Below, piece by piece: positions 38,842-49,151 of a stretch of 64,000 bases of DNA. Location: positions 1,472,001 to 1,536,000 of the forward strand of contig OZ243938.1 in assembly GCA_965214095.1 (NCBI GenBank), read 5' to 3'. Position 1 is the first letter of the stretch; every line of letters starts with the position of its first letter. Origin of the DNA: Candidatus Poribacteria bacterium (lineage in GTDB: Bacteria; Poribacteria; WGA-4E; WGA-3G). Position numbers and translations under genes: made by a program. The notes below the pieces were generated by a model, which was not told where the DNA came from, did no database searches, and saw only the letters and a list, made by a program, of their open reading frames with translations.

Positions 38842-40122
38842 TCAGTCGTAGAGGCGAATGGTCCCGTCTCCACTCCCACTTATGAGTCGACTTCCATCGG
38901 GACTGAACGAAACACTTGGGATCCATTCTGAATGTCCTGTGAATTTTTGAAGTTCTATCCCTGTCTCAGCATCCCAAAGAATAACATTGTCAAGTGAATC
39001 TCCAGTAACGATGGTCTTCCCATTTGGACTGAACGACACACTGGTGATTTGCGCAGCACCGGTATTAGTTGTTCGGAGCCGCTTACCCGTGGCAACATCC
39101 CAAAGAGTAAGAGCAACTCCACTGCCACTTGCGATTGTTTTTCCATCTGGACTGAATGAGACACTGTGGGCTATATTTGAACCATCTGTAAGTGTTTGGA
39201 GATGTGCACCTGTCGCAGTATCCCAAAGGCGGATGGTACCGTCACGACTTGCACTTGCGAGTAATTTACCGTCCGGACTAAATGAGACACACCATATAGA
39301 CTCTGTATGACCTGTAAGTGCATGGAGTTCATTTGCTGTACCAGCATCCCAAATACGCACGGTACTGTCCAAATGTCCACCACCGCTTGCGATTGTTTTT
39401 CCATCCGGACTAAATGAGACGCTCAGGAAGTCAGAAAGTTCTTGGAAGTGATCCGCATCACCTGTGATTGTTTGCAGACGTGTCCCCGCCGCAATATCCC
39501 AAAAATAGATTCTTGACCCACTTGCAGCAGCGATTGTTTTTCCATCCGGACTGAATGAAATGCTCGTAATCCAACTCTTATGTCCTGTAATTGTTTGCAG
39601 ATGTCGACCTGTCGCAGTGTCCCAAAAACGAATAGTCTTATCCCGACTCCCACTTGCGATTGTTTTTCCATCCGGACTGAATGAAACGCTAAACACTTTG
39701 TCAGTATGTGCTGTGAGCACTTGGGCACGATGTCCTGTGAAAGTATTTGGTTGGGAATTTAGGATCATCTTATTTGCAACTATAGGTTTACCAACTTTAT
39801 CACTCACAGAGACAATGACATTAACAGAACTAAAACCCTCAGGGGCAGTCCATTTTACTTTTGTTCCCGATATCGTGTCTAATTCTCCAGCATCCACTTC
39901 CCATGTGTATGTCAATACGTCACCATCTTTGTCGTGAGCAATAATACTAAATTCAAGAGTTTCTCCAGGATCAAACAAGGTTGGAACACTAAAATCTTCA
40001 ACAGTAGGTAAATTATTATTCAGTGGTTTGACGACACTATCAACTAATAATGCACAACCTATCATACAAAAAGTGATTAAACACGTACTAACAATAATCA
40101 GAAACTGAAATGTACTCTTCAT
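38842..40122 (-). CDS. Putative lipoprotein with Ig/PKD-like domain and 7 WD40 repeats
   Basis: Signal ending MIGC; 'DKDGDVLTYTW..WTAP'; repeated GH..VSFSPDG..ASGS.D.TIR.WD. Confidence 0.9.
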   Translation of the reverse strand: MKSTFQFLIIVSTCLITFCMIGCALLVDSVVKPLNNNLPTVEDFSVPTLFDPGETLEFSIIAHDKDGDVLTYTWEVDAGELDTISGTKVKWTAPEGFSSVNVIVSVSDKVGKPIVANKMILNSQPNTFTGHRAQVLTAHTDKVFSVSFSPDGKTIASGSRDKTIRFWDTATGRHLQTITGHKSWITSISFSPDGKTIAAASGSRIYFWDIAAGTRLQTITGDADHFQELSDFLSVSFSPDGKTIASGGGHLDSTVRIWDAGTANELHALTGHTESIWCVSFSPDGKLLASASRDGTIRLWDTATGAHLQTLTDGSNIAHSVSFSPDGKTIASGSGVALTLWDVATGKRLRTTNTGAAQITSVSFSPNGKTIVTGDSLDNVILWDAETGIELQKFTGHSEWIPSVSFSPDGSRLISGSGDGTIRLYD

Positions 40123-40520
40123 TTCTTTCTCCTTAAATTATCTCTTCACTCCATATTTATTGTAAAATTATAACAAATTGAACAATAAAGGTCAACACAC
40201 CCTATGTTGTATTTTTGGGTTGAAAATATGGTCCCCTTAAAAATATTTTGCATTAATTGCATTATAATTTGGTGTTTTTGGAAAAAATAATAATAAAAAC
40301 CTTCGCGAAAAAGGGTGGTTGAATGCGGTTGCCACAAGAGTTTATTGCTGATCTGGCTGTGTTGCTAAGGCGCACTTCTGTGAGTTTAGCATGTGAAGAA
40401 GGGGGTGTGAGTGTTGGATCGTAGCATCAAGTTCAGCCTATCCCACCAACGGCACTTTGAAACGTCAGACGCCTAATCCTGAAAATCCTATTATCCTGAA
40501 AATCATGGTTCAGACAAAAA

Positions 40521-41255
40521 TCAATATCTCCAGTTTTCATACGCAAGTGGTGCTGCATTTAGTTCATCTCGATAGGTGCGCCATTGTGGTAAAAACGTGT
40601 CCATCAACTCACGAAATCGATCGTTATGGTGACGTTCCAAAAGATGTGTCATCTCATGAACCAGGACATATACCAGACACGATTTCGGTTTTTTCGCCAG
40701 TTCAAGATTTAGCCAGATACGTTTCGCCTGGATATTACATGAACCCCAGACCGTTTTCATTTTCCTAATACGTACCTCATTGACAGACACTCCCATCTTA
40801 GGTTCCCACTTATCAACGAGTGGCGGCAACTGAGCGCGGAGATGTTCACGATACCATTCATATAGCACAGCCTCACGTTTGTCACGATTTGTGTTTGGAC
40901 GCACTGTAAGACCGATTCTGGAGTTGTTGAGCAGTTTAACTTTTGGTGGACATTCCTGTTCAGTTACTTTCAGTCTGTAACGTTTACCAGCAAAATAGTG
41001 GCTTTCACCTGAAACATATTCTCGCTGTGATTGGCGTTGCTGTTTCGAAAACTTCGCCTGCTTCCGACGTATCCATCCGAGTCGTGAAATGATTGCCATT
41101 CGCACAGCATCATCGTCAAGACGTAGCGGTGCAGACACACGTATCTGTCCGTTCGGAGGGTGGACACCAATATAGAAATGCTTAATATCTTTATGAACTA
41201 CCTCAATAGACAGACCATTTACTTCAATATGATAATTTTCGGTTTTAGTATTCAT
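40521..41255 (-). CDS. M48/YgjP (DUF45, SprT-like) zinc metallohydrolase
   Basis: MKTVWGSC, LNLEL, YVLVHEMTHL..HNDRF; start overlaps the hsdR stop. Confidence 0.9.
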   Translation of the reverse strand: MNTKTENYHIEVNGLSIEVVHKDIKHFYIGVHPPNGQIRVSAPLRLDDDAVRMAIISRLGWIRRKQAKFSKQQRQSQREYVSGESHYFAGKRYRLKVTEQECPPKVKLLNNSRIGLTVRPNTNRDKREAVLYEWYREHLRAQLPPLVDKWEPKMGVSVNEVRIRKMKTVWGSCNIQAKRIWLNLELAKKPKSCLVYVLVHEMTHLLERHHNDRFRELMDTFLPQWRTYRDELNAAPLAYENWRY

Positions 41256-44200
41256 CTTGGCTTTTTGCGATATTAAAAATATTCTCAATGTCAATGGTGT
41301 CGTAGCCAAATTCATCCGAGATGGTTCTTGTTATGGCATAACAAACTTCACGTTCTTTGAATTCATTCCCTCTCCATTCATCGCTTCTTGTCTCATAGAT
41401 AGCCTCATCTATTGCTATTGCCATTTCAGTTCTCTGATCAACTGACATATCATCCGGTAAGTTATCAAAGAAAGCACGTCGTGCTTGTGTATTGATGTTC
41501 GGTGAATAGTCTCCGGTGGGAGGATTAGTAACCTGATTGCTCAACCTCGTAACTTTGGATAAGTATTCCCTATAATTGCTTGCGTCTTGTCTCCGCTGTT
41601 GAATTAGGTCATCAAGCAATCGTGACATATCTTCATAATATCTTGGATTGATGTCTGTTCTGTCAACGATGACGCGCCGAAGGTTGTTTTCTATCGTGGC
41701 TGCCATCGCCTCCTTGTTTGTGCGGATGCCTTCAGGTAGCCTTTCAATGGCAGCATCTGCACCCCTATCAACAATCAATTGCACAAGCGGAATATTGTCA
41801 AATATTTCGACCGTCTCACTATCTTCAGCCTGAATATATGTGTCCAATAGATGTCGCATATCAGGTTCAAACATCTTGAGGTCAATATAATCCCCACTTG
41901 CCAGTTTAACCTGTTGTCGCACATATTCGTAGTCTTCCACCTCTTTTTTGATTTCCCTTGCTTCGGTTGCACTATATTCTGCTTGCTCCATCTCATTGGC
42001 GAGGTTAGAATATGCACGCACCAAGGCTGCTGTCAACTTATAAAGGTGGACGCGTTTCTGCTCTTTGGTTTTGATCTGCTCAGGAGTGGCACTCTCGTCA
42101 CTACAGAAATAACGGATATAATCGTTGATATGTTTCGGTGGATCAACCGGTTCGCACAACGCTTTAATTGCTTCACGCGCCTCCTCCAACCGTTCTTTCC
42201 CTTTCTCCAGTCTATCCTTCAAGAGTCCTTCAACATCTTCAGCATCAAAGTTATCAAATGCCTCTCCTGTGTAGTCTGTCATCGCTTCTTCCAGAGACTT
42301 AAACAGGTCTTTGTAATCAACGATGTAGCCGAATTCCTTGTCATCAGTGTCAATCCGATTGACGCGACATATCGCTTGAAACAACCCGTGATCCTGCATG
42401 TTTTTGTCAATGTAGAGATAGGTAGCAGGTGGCGCATCAAAACCTGTAAGTAACTTGTCCACGACGATGAGGAGTTTCACCTGTGCAGGTTCATTAATAA
42501 AACGCCGCTTTACTTCCAATTCAAACTGATCAACCTTTGACATTGTTGTATCTGCTGGTTCGTCAAAGTGAGCAGCGAGCATTTCTCGATAGGTGTTGTA
42601 TTTTTGCTGGTTTTCGGTAAGTCCTTCACCGGTCTCCTCTAATCTGATAGAGTCTGTGGTAGGTCTATAGGATGTTACGACTGCACATTTACCCCGCAAT
42701 TCGGTCTCTTGAAAAAGGTTATAGAGCCGACAGGCTGAGAGGATTGTGTTTGCAACAAGCATGGCGTTCCCTTTTCCACTTTTCAACCGATCGCGTGTTT
42801 CCATATCTAATACTACGTCTGCCACAATTTTCCGTAAACGATTCATTGAACTTTCTACATTTAACATCGTTCCCCAACGTTGTTTAAGCTGTGCTTTCAC
42901 TACATCGTTTAACCCGCGTGTTTTGCTATCAAAAAATTGGTCAATCCGATCCTGTGAAGTGATATCCTGGTCAATATCGCGTGCCTCATACCGCAGGTCA
43001 AGCACTACTTCATCATGGACAGCCTCATCATATTTATAGGTGTCAATATATTTGCCGAAGGTTTCAATACTCCGTTGTTTGTCGCTTTTTAGCAAGGGGG
43101 TGCCTGTGAAGCCGATCAGCATTGCATCGGGTAGCAGTGCCTTCATCGCTTTGTGCAGTTTGCCTGACTGTGTGCGGTGGCATTCGTCTACGAAGACAAA
43201 GAAATCACCTTTTGCCTGAAAATCATCTGGTAGATGCCGCTTAAATTCCGCTACATAACCATCAATATCGGTCTCGCTGGTTTCCTCGTTACTGCCGAAC
43301 TTGTGAACAAGTGAACAAGTTAACCTTTCTGAAGCATCGGTAAGCACTTGGACTAAATGTTCACCGCTTTGTGTACGTTTGATGTCCTCGCTGACACCTT
43401 TGAAAACTCCTTCAATTTGTTCGTCCAATTCTGTGCGGTCGGTGATGATGAGCACTCGGGCGTTAGAGATCTTCTCCAGAATCCATTTTGCCAACCAGAC
43501 CATCGTCAAACTTTTGCCGCTCCCTTGTGTGTGCCATATAATCCCGCCTTCCCTGCTTTGGACGCGTTCCTGGGCTGCCTTCACACCGAAGTATTGATTG
43601 TGTCGGCAAATCTTCTTTATCCCCGAATCAAATACGATGAAGTGGCGTAGTATTTCAAGTATTCGTTCTTTGTTGCAAAAGTGACTGAGTTCTCTGAGTA
43701 AGGGATTGGGTTCAGTCTCTGCATCTGCATCGCGTTCTTTCCATCGCAACCAGTATTTTTCGGGTGTCTTGATAACACCGTAACGCATACCTTCTGTTTC
43801 ATTTCCTGCCATCACAAGTTGCACGGTGCTGAAAAACCACTCTATAAAATCCTCTGTTTGGTTGGTTAGATTTTGACGGATACCTTCAGAAACAGAGACG
43901 ATGGAACGTTTCAGTTCTAACACCCCGATTGCGATGCCATTGATATAGAGCACGAGGTCGGGACGTTTGTTGTGTTTTCCGCTGAGTGCGACCTCTTCCG
44001 CGATACCGAAGTCGTTATTTTCTGGAGTGTCCCAATCTATGAGCCAGACGGTTTTATGTTGTTTGCTGACATCCGGTTGCACCTTCACGCCGTAGCGTAA
44101 AAGGTCATAGACTTCAAGGTTCGCGTCATAAAGCGTTCTGCTCCCGCCGAATTTTGATGTTTGTTGTAGTTGATACACCGCTCTGTTGATGCGTTCAGAG

Positions 44201-44367
44201 TCGTTCCCTTGCTGAAAAAGCCAGTTTTTAAGATCTTCTTCAATGATATTGCTATTTTCTTCAATGCTATCTGCCCAGTTGCCGAGGTAATCATATTGCA
44301 AGGTATCTTGGAAGAACTCTATGACCTTTTTTTGTGTATCTTGCTCTGTCTCGCGAATGATGTGCAT
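41245..44367 (-). CDS. hsdR: Type I restriction endonuclease R subunit
   Basis: PD..ELK nuclease motif, Walker A WHTQGSGKS, DECHR, GFTGTP, LLTGFDAP, QAICRVNR. Confidence 0.95.
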   Translation of the reverse strand: MHIIRETEQDTQKKVIEFFQDTLQYDYLGNWADSIEENSNIIEEDLKNWLFQQGNDSERINRAVYQLQQTSKFGGSRTLYDANLEVYDLLRYGVKVQPDVSKQHKTVWLIDWDTPENNDFGIAEEVALSGKHNKRPDLVLYINGIAIGVLELKRSIVSVSEGIRQNLTNQTEDFIEWFFSTVQLVMAGNETEGMRYGVIKTPEKYWLRWKERDADAETEPNPLLRELSHFCNKERILEILRHFIVFDSGIKKICRHNQYFGVKAAQERVQSREGGIIWHTQGSGKSLTMVWLAKWILEKISNARVLIITDRTELDEQIEGVFKGVSEDIKRTQSGEHLVQVLTDASERLTCSLVHKFGSNEETSETDIDGYVAEFKRHLPDDFQAKGDFFVFVDECHRTQSGKLHKAMKALLPDAMLIGFTGTPLLKSDKQRSIETFGKYIDTYKYDEAVHDEVVLDLRYEARDIDQDITSQDRIDQFFDSKTRGLNDVVKAQLKQRWGTMLNVESSMNRLRKIVADVVLDMETRDRLKSGKGNAMLVANTILSACRLYNLFQETELRGKCAVVTSYRPTTDSIRLEETGEGLTENQQKYNTYREMLAAHFDEPADTTMSKVDQFELEVKRRFINEPAQVKLLIVVDKLLTGFDAPPATYLYIDKNMQDHGLFQAICRVNRIDTDDKEFGYIVDYKDLFKSLEEAMTDYTGEAFDNFDAEDVEGLLKDRLEKGKERLEEAREAIKALCEPVDPPKHINDYIRYFCSDESATPEQIKTKEQKRVHLYKLTAALVRAYSNLANEMEQAEYSATEAREIKKEVEDYEYVRQQVKLASGDYIDLKMFEPDMRHLLDTYIQAEDSETVEIFDNIPLVQLIVDRGADAAIERLPEGIRTNKEAMAATIENNLRRVIVDRTDINPRYYEDMSRLLDDLIQQRRQDASNYREYLSKVTRLSNQVTNPPTGDYSPNINTQARRAFFDNLPDDMSVDQRTEMAIAIDEAIYETRSDEWRGNEFKEREVCYAITRTISDEFGYDTIDIENIFNIAKSQDEY

Positions 44368-44450
44368 TCTGTCTCTCCCCTTGTGATTCTTGCACTTCTT
44401 TATACCGTAAACTTTTAATGTGTCTTTCCAACCTACTATTACTGTATCTT

Positions 44451-44587
44451 ATACCATTTATAAATAATAACCTATCATTATCAAATCAGGTGTTCGTAGT
44501 CGCGCAATTCATTGCGCCTCGGACATTCTCTATTTTAAGTTAGAATTCATACTCTTATAATGAGATATTCTCTACTAGAAATGGTAT
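44451..44587. repeat. ATACCATT-shell MITE-like element
   Basis: ATACCATTTATA..GTAGTCGCGCAATTCATTGCGC..TAGAAATGGTAT. Confidence 0.8.
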
Positions 44588-44732
44588 AACTTATGCTTCT
44601 TTTCAATGAGTGTAGTTGATATTACAAATAACAATGCTAGGGAACGGATAGGATGTAGGTCGATCTTGGTAGGTCGGAGCGGGCAAAGCGACCTCCGACC
44701 TACCAAGAGTTGAGGAAATCGCGGACGCAATG

Positions 44733-45722
44733 TTACTGTTTTATTTTACCCCACAGGGTCGTGAGACGGTCAACAGGTTCAACAAGATATGCACCCACGT
44801 GTGTCCAATCATAAGTAACGATAGTCTGGTCAAAAATACCCTGATCCAGAAATGCTTCCTGAGTTCCTAACCGTCTGGTTCTTCTATCAAAAGGAAACGC
44901 ATAACGCCTGCGACCAACAAGCGTTGTGACGACAATGTGCCCTCCATCTGGGGACCATTTGAAGTCGGCAAGAAACTCAGTAAAGGTAGGTTCAATTTTG
45001 TCGATTAGATTATGGGAAGGAAGTGAATATATTTCAATTTGATACACCGCACCAAAAAAAGTCTTACCCACAACCATATAACGACCATCTGGTGATACTG
45101 TCGGATAATTCCCAAATAAATCAAAAATCACCCTCTCACCTGTGTCAATCGTCTGTACATATATTTTGCGGTGTTCAACGAAAGCGACCCTTTCCCCATC
45201 AGGCAGCCAAGAAGGTTGAAAAGCGTTAAGTGCTATCAATGTGGCACGAGGTGCATCATTCAGAAATTCTGACTGTGGTATCAGATACACACCTTTCTTT
45301 ACACCATCGGGTGGGTGTTTGCATGCGAAGATAACATCACCGTTCTTAGATATGTCAAAATCTCGTTCAAATATCTCACCAAAGCGATCTTGAGTGATGT
45401 TCACTGCTTGTTTATCAGGCATAAATTTATTTGTGATATAGATATTCAATAGATGTATCCCTGTGGCTTCGTCTCCAGAACGGGCTAAGAATGCGGTATA
45501 TTTTCCATTTTTTTGCGTGACTATATCTAAAATACGGAAATTGGGTTCAGGGTCATGTTCATAAATCTGTCTTGTCGTGCCACCGACGTTCAAGTGCGTC
45601 ACCCAGAGTTCACGTGCTTTCAATGGATGCGCAATGACTATTTCACCAGAAACCTCAGCACTTATTGTAACTGGCATAACAACAGCCACACATAAACATA
45701 GTGCGATAATTATCTTTTTCAT
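44733..45722 (-). CDS. Secreted TolB-like beta-propeller protein with C-terminal WGxIK motif
   Basis: Signal peptide MKKIIIALCL; PSWLPDG, PTVSPDG, KWSPDG; ends VEPVDRLTTLWGKIKQ. Confidence 0.75.
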   Translation of the reverse strand: MKKIIIALCLCVAVVMPVTISAEVSGEIVIAHPLKARELWVTHLNVGGTTRQIYEHDPEPNFRILDIVTQKNGKYTAFLARSGDEATGIHLLNIYITNKFMPDKQAVNITQDRFGEIFERDFDISKNGDVIFACKHPPDGVKKGVYLIPQSEFLNDAPRATLIALNAFQPSWLPDGERVAFVEHRKIYVQTIDTGERVIFDLFGNYPTVSPDGRYMVVGKTFFGAVYQIEIYSLPSHNLIDKIEPTFTEFLADFKWSPDGGHIVVTTLVGRRRYAFPFDRRTRRLGTQEAFLDQGIFDQTIVTYDWTHVGAYLVEPVDRLTTLWGKIKQ

Positions 45723-45990
45723 GTGAATTTCCCTAATATAACTCAAGTTGCTAACTATTGTAGCACAATCTGTCAGATTGTGCCGATGCCCCTTCATCGT
45801 CCTCCGCGTAATCCGTGCTTCAAACAAACCCTAACACCCACAAAAATCCTCTTCTCTTATCTCGGGGAATGCCTAAATGGAATTCATACCTTTGATTTGG
45901 CGTATTCGGCGTTGATTTGGGGAATGCTATATAGCATTCATACCGTCGATTTCTTGATTTGGTAAATCCTGATTCAGACAATAATAAATA

Positions 45991-46941
45991 CTAACGTCTA
46001 CCCTTCAGTTCACCCCAGACCATAGGCAGCTTACCAGCCGGTACAACTGCAAGAAAGTCTTGAGATAAATAATTGTTCGTAACTTCATCATGAGTCAACG
46101 CACGGTTATACACGCGCACCTCATCAATAACGCCTTTATAATACCCGTGTGCTCTACCATTCGTGTTCGTTGCACCGAGATAGACTGGGAGCGTATGCGG
46201 AAGAAAAATCTGTGTTTTATTGCCCATTGCTCTTAATAATTCCATGAAAGGATTAGGAAAATGTAAGTTATCTATATAAAGATGATTTATTTCCCATACA
46301 CTATCTGTCTCGTCAATAAAAAGTGCATTTGTAACCAAAACAATGTGATGCCATTCACCATCCGAGATTGAGTGTCTGAAAGGGATTATAGTGGAAGAAC
46401 TACAGGTATGCCCCTTTTGTAACCGAGTATTTTCGTGAAGCACATGCCCTTCTTTGAAAACAACTTTTCTCTCTTGGTTAGGGAATGGCATATTTTGAAC
46501 AACACCCGGTAAAGGAGGAGGATTCCTTTGTATTGATCCGTTGACAGTCAACCCCCAACTTCTATTTTTAACGACACAGCTTTCGTCAACTATTCTAAAG
46601 AGTGTTCTATAAGTGGAGGTATCATTGGTTTTCATCCAGAATTCAATAGTTGATGGACCGATACGTGATTGAAAATTGCCGACATCTGATAAGACAACAT
46701 AATCTCCTGCGCCATCAAATTCGAGACCTTGTCTAAAAATCCCGGTTGTTAATGTCGGATTTCCCATAATTGTCGCATCATTTTCACCCCAACTATCTAC
46801 TGCGATACCATCGTCAATCGTATTTCTGTCAAAAGTCCAGTAACTGAGCAATCCATCAGTAATAAAGGTTGATGCGTGTGTAGTGCTATTGCCAAATATG
46901 CATAAGATCGTTAATATCAGAAGAAATATTAGTTTTTTCAT
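45991..46941 (-). CDS. Secreted LamG/concanavalin-A-like domain protein with C-terminal WGxLK motif
   Basis: Signal peptide; GLLSYWTFD, LEFDG, DGEWHHIV, YKGVIDEVRVYNRALT; ends AVVPAGKLPMVWGELKGRR. Confidence 0.85.
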   Translation of the reverse strand: MKKLIFLLILTILCIFGNSTTHASTFITDGLLSYWTFDRNTIDDGIAVDSWGENDATIMGNPTLTTGIFRQGLEFDGAGDYVVLSDVGNFQSRIGPSTIEFWMKTNDTSTYRTLFRIVDESCVVKNRSWGLTVNGSIQRNPPPLPGVVQNMPFPNQERKVVFKEGHVLHENTRLQKGHTCSSSTIIPFRHSISDGEWHHIVLVTNALFIDETDSVWEINHLYIDNLHFPNPFMELLRAMGNKTQIFLPHTLPVYLGATNTNGRAHGYYKGVIDEVRVYNRALTHDEVTNNYLSQDFLAVVPAGKLPMVWGELKGRR

Positions 46942-47211
46942 AGTATTCTCCTGTGTTTGATGCTGGGAAGTGGCTTATGTGGTTTAATGTTAAGACACAA
47001 TATTTGTTGCTTTTGGTTGCATTTTACCAAACAGCAGCATAAATATCTATCTTTTTCTAAACCAGCCGGATCATCCTTATTTTATCATATTTGTTCATGA
47101 GTTAATCTCCAAAGCATAATTTTCTTTATTATGCCAGAAATCAACTGTAATTTAAATTTATATAATGTCTATTATACACAAACGTTAAATTCAGTATGGG
47201 TTTGTATTCCT

Positions 47212-48433
47212 ATTTGTCTGGACCAGGATTTTCAGGATTAGTAGATTTACAGGATAAGAGTTTGTCACACTGAAGCGGCTATCTAAAGGGTGCGTAAAGT
47301 TTTGTCACACAGTACTTTGTAGACCTGTATATCTATGCTTAATCCATAGATGCCAACTATCAATATTCTTGTCCTGTAAGTATTACTCTTTAGTCCCTAA
47401 TGAAGATTAATTTATTAAACGGGTAATTCTCATTTACCCAAACCCGGTAGGTGCGGTTTCCTAACCGCACTATAGGTGTCAATTTAAGGATATATTCACC
47501 TGTGAAGGATTTTGAAAGTCTATTTTTCTCATACACACCTTTCGCACCGCTGGTGCTTGGTTTCTTGTGGTGAATATTTTCTATACACCTTTCGCACCGC
47601 TGGTGCTGATATGTGATTTATGAAAGCCTCGGAGAGGCAGCATGCGCGTGTGGCATGCTGCATGAGGTGTATCATAAGCACAAACTTTACCCACTATAGT
47701 AAAACGGACAATTAATGAAACATATTGTCCCAATTGCATATTCATATAATGTCCGAGGCGCAATGATGGGGATTAATTTATTCTTTCGGTAATTCATAGA
47801 CTTTTTAGATGCGATTAGGAAAATGTCTTCTGCGTCACTTGAGCCTATGTTATGGACTAAAAGGTGCTGGTATTTGAAGACAGCAGCACCAGCGGTGCAG
47901 AATGTGTATAGAAAATGTATCGGACCTATAAGCAAGCACCAGCGGTGCGAAAGGTGTATCCCCCTAATTCCATATACGGACACCTGTCGCCCCTCTGGGC
48001 TTGTGTGATGGGTAGTATCGCCTTCCTATACACCTTTCGTCCCGCTGGGACTGAGGACACGCATGAAATGAGTTGATCCTCTAAAATGACGGTTTTGGTG
48101 TGGTTAGGCAACCGGACCTAAGGAACTCGGGATTACCCAATTAATAAATTAATCTTCATAATTGCGCGACTACAAACGCGTTATTCTAAATGGAAAGTGT
48201 ATTGTTAATTTCATATTTTACTATAAATTGATGTATAAGGTGAGGTTTTCTAACTTCACCTAAGCAATGTGTAGAATTAATTCAATAATTTACCATAGTA
48301 GATGGACAGGATGGATACATGGTGTTTCCAAGTGCCACTAAAAAAAACAGTTAATCTTTTAGATAGCCACTATGGCGTGCCAAACTCTTATCCTGGAAAT
48401 CTACTAATCCTGCAAATCCTGGTTCAGACAAAT
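47212..48433. mobile_element. 1.2-kb non-coding composite element with ~60-75-bp terminal inverted repeats and nested inner repeats
   Basis: 47214-47270 is the reverse complement of 48375-48431 with 5 mismatches; inner perfect 19-bp IR 47400-47418 / 48141-48159; REP and CACCAGCGGTG hairpins inside. Confidence 0.75.
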
Positions 48434-48495
48434 TCGCCTTCCCAACCTACTATTACTGCAACATGGGCTGCAGCCTAAGATGCAGCCCATGCAAT

Positions 48496-48952
48496 TCAAG
48501 CAGTTTTTCCTGATTTCAGATTCGTAAGTTCGGTCCTCCCTTTGTTTGTCAAACGATACTTCTGCAACCGACTGTTGGGTTTATCAGGTATTGTATATTC
48601 GATTAACTGTTCTGTTAGAAGTTCTCGTACAACTGCGTTAAGTCGTGCAGAAATTGCTTTCTGTCCTAAACTCTTGGACAATTCGGGTTTTTGCATGGGA
48701 CCGTTAGCAAGCAGCACTATCACTCTGGATTGTAGTGACTCTGGCAGTGACTCTGGCAGTGACTCTGGTTTGGCACGCCAAATCGTTATCTTAAATCCAC
48801 TACTGTCGTCGAATTCCGGTTCGGGTAAGTCAGCATCACTGCAACGGTTGATCATGTCTAATGTCCCTGTTCCCATCCGTTCAATGTATTGCGCCAAATA
48901 TAAAGATTCAGCGAGTAACGGATTATTAGGAATTGACGTGTGCGCGACCCTT
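48496..48952 (-). pseudogene. 3' remnant of an ATP-binding RecG-C/HATPase_c_4 + wHTH protein, truncated by a repeat element
   Basis: In-frame 'LRVAHTSIPNNPLLAESLYLAQYIERMGTG..PEPEF..TIPDKPNSRLQKYRLT'; similarity stops at TTAA ~48951 where a REP element begins; (PESL)x3 from a 12-bp tandem repeat. Confidence 0.75.
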
Positions 48953-49082
48953 AAAGGAAAATTATGCGTTATTCCCCGTGACGGTAGGTTCGGTTTCCTA
49001 ACCGAATCGGTGTTTGTTCAGCCTCACAGATGCAGTTAGGAAACCGCATCACTCATAATCCTGAAAATCCTGGTTCAGACAA
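48951..49082. repeat. REP-pair element plus AATCCTGGTTCAGACAA arm
   Basis: Matches 4751-4806 and the M2 interior; right part matches 20782-20830. Confidence 0.75.
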
Positions 49083-49151
49083 ATGGGAGGACAAAACAAT
49101 AACAAAATTTCAACTGCTATGATTGAACTGTTCGCCACACCCGGGCATTCA

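Noticed and set aside
40290-40460. GC-richer intergenic stretch that might be an ncRNA or tRNA integration site next to the hsdR locus
   Set aside because: No cloverleaf or recognisable RNA motif; part of it matches the interior of the TTGTCTGAACCAGG repeat family (compare 20712-20735)
41851-42453. 200-aa antisense ORF inside hsdR
   Set aside because: Fully antisense to a conserved gene, with atypical composition and no motifs
47581-48111. Several 60-98-aa ORFs in the repeat-rich gap (similarly 4718-4978, 20572-20895, 40457-40768, 58657-58848)
   Set aside because: They translate repeat-element DNA and have no protein-family features
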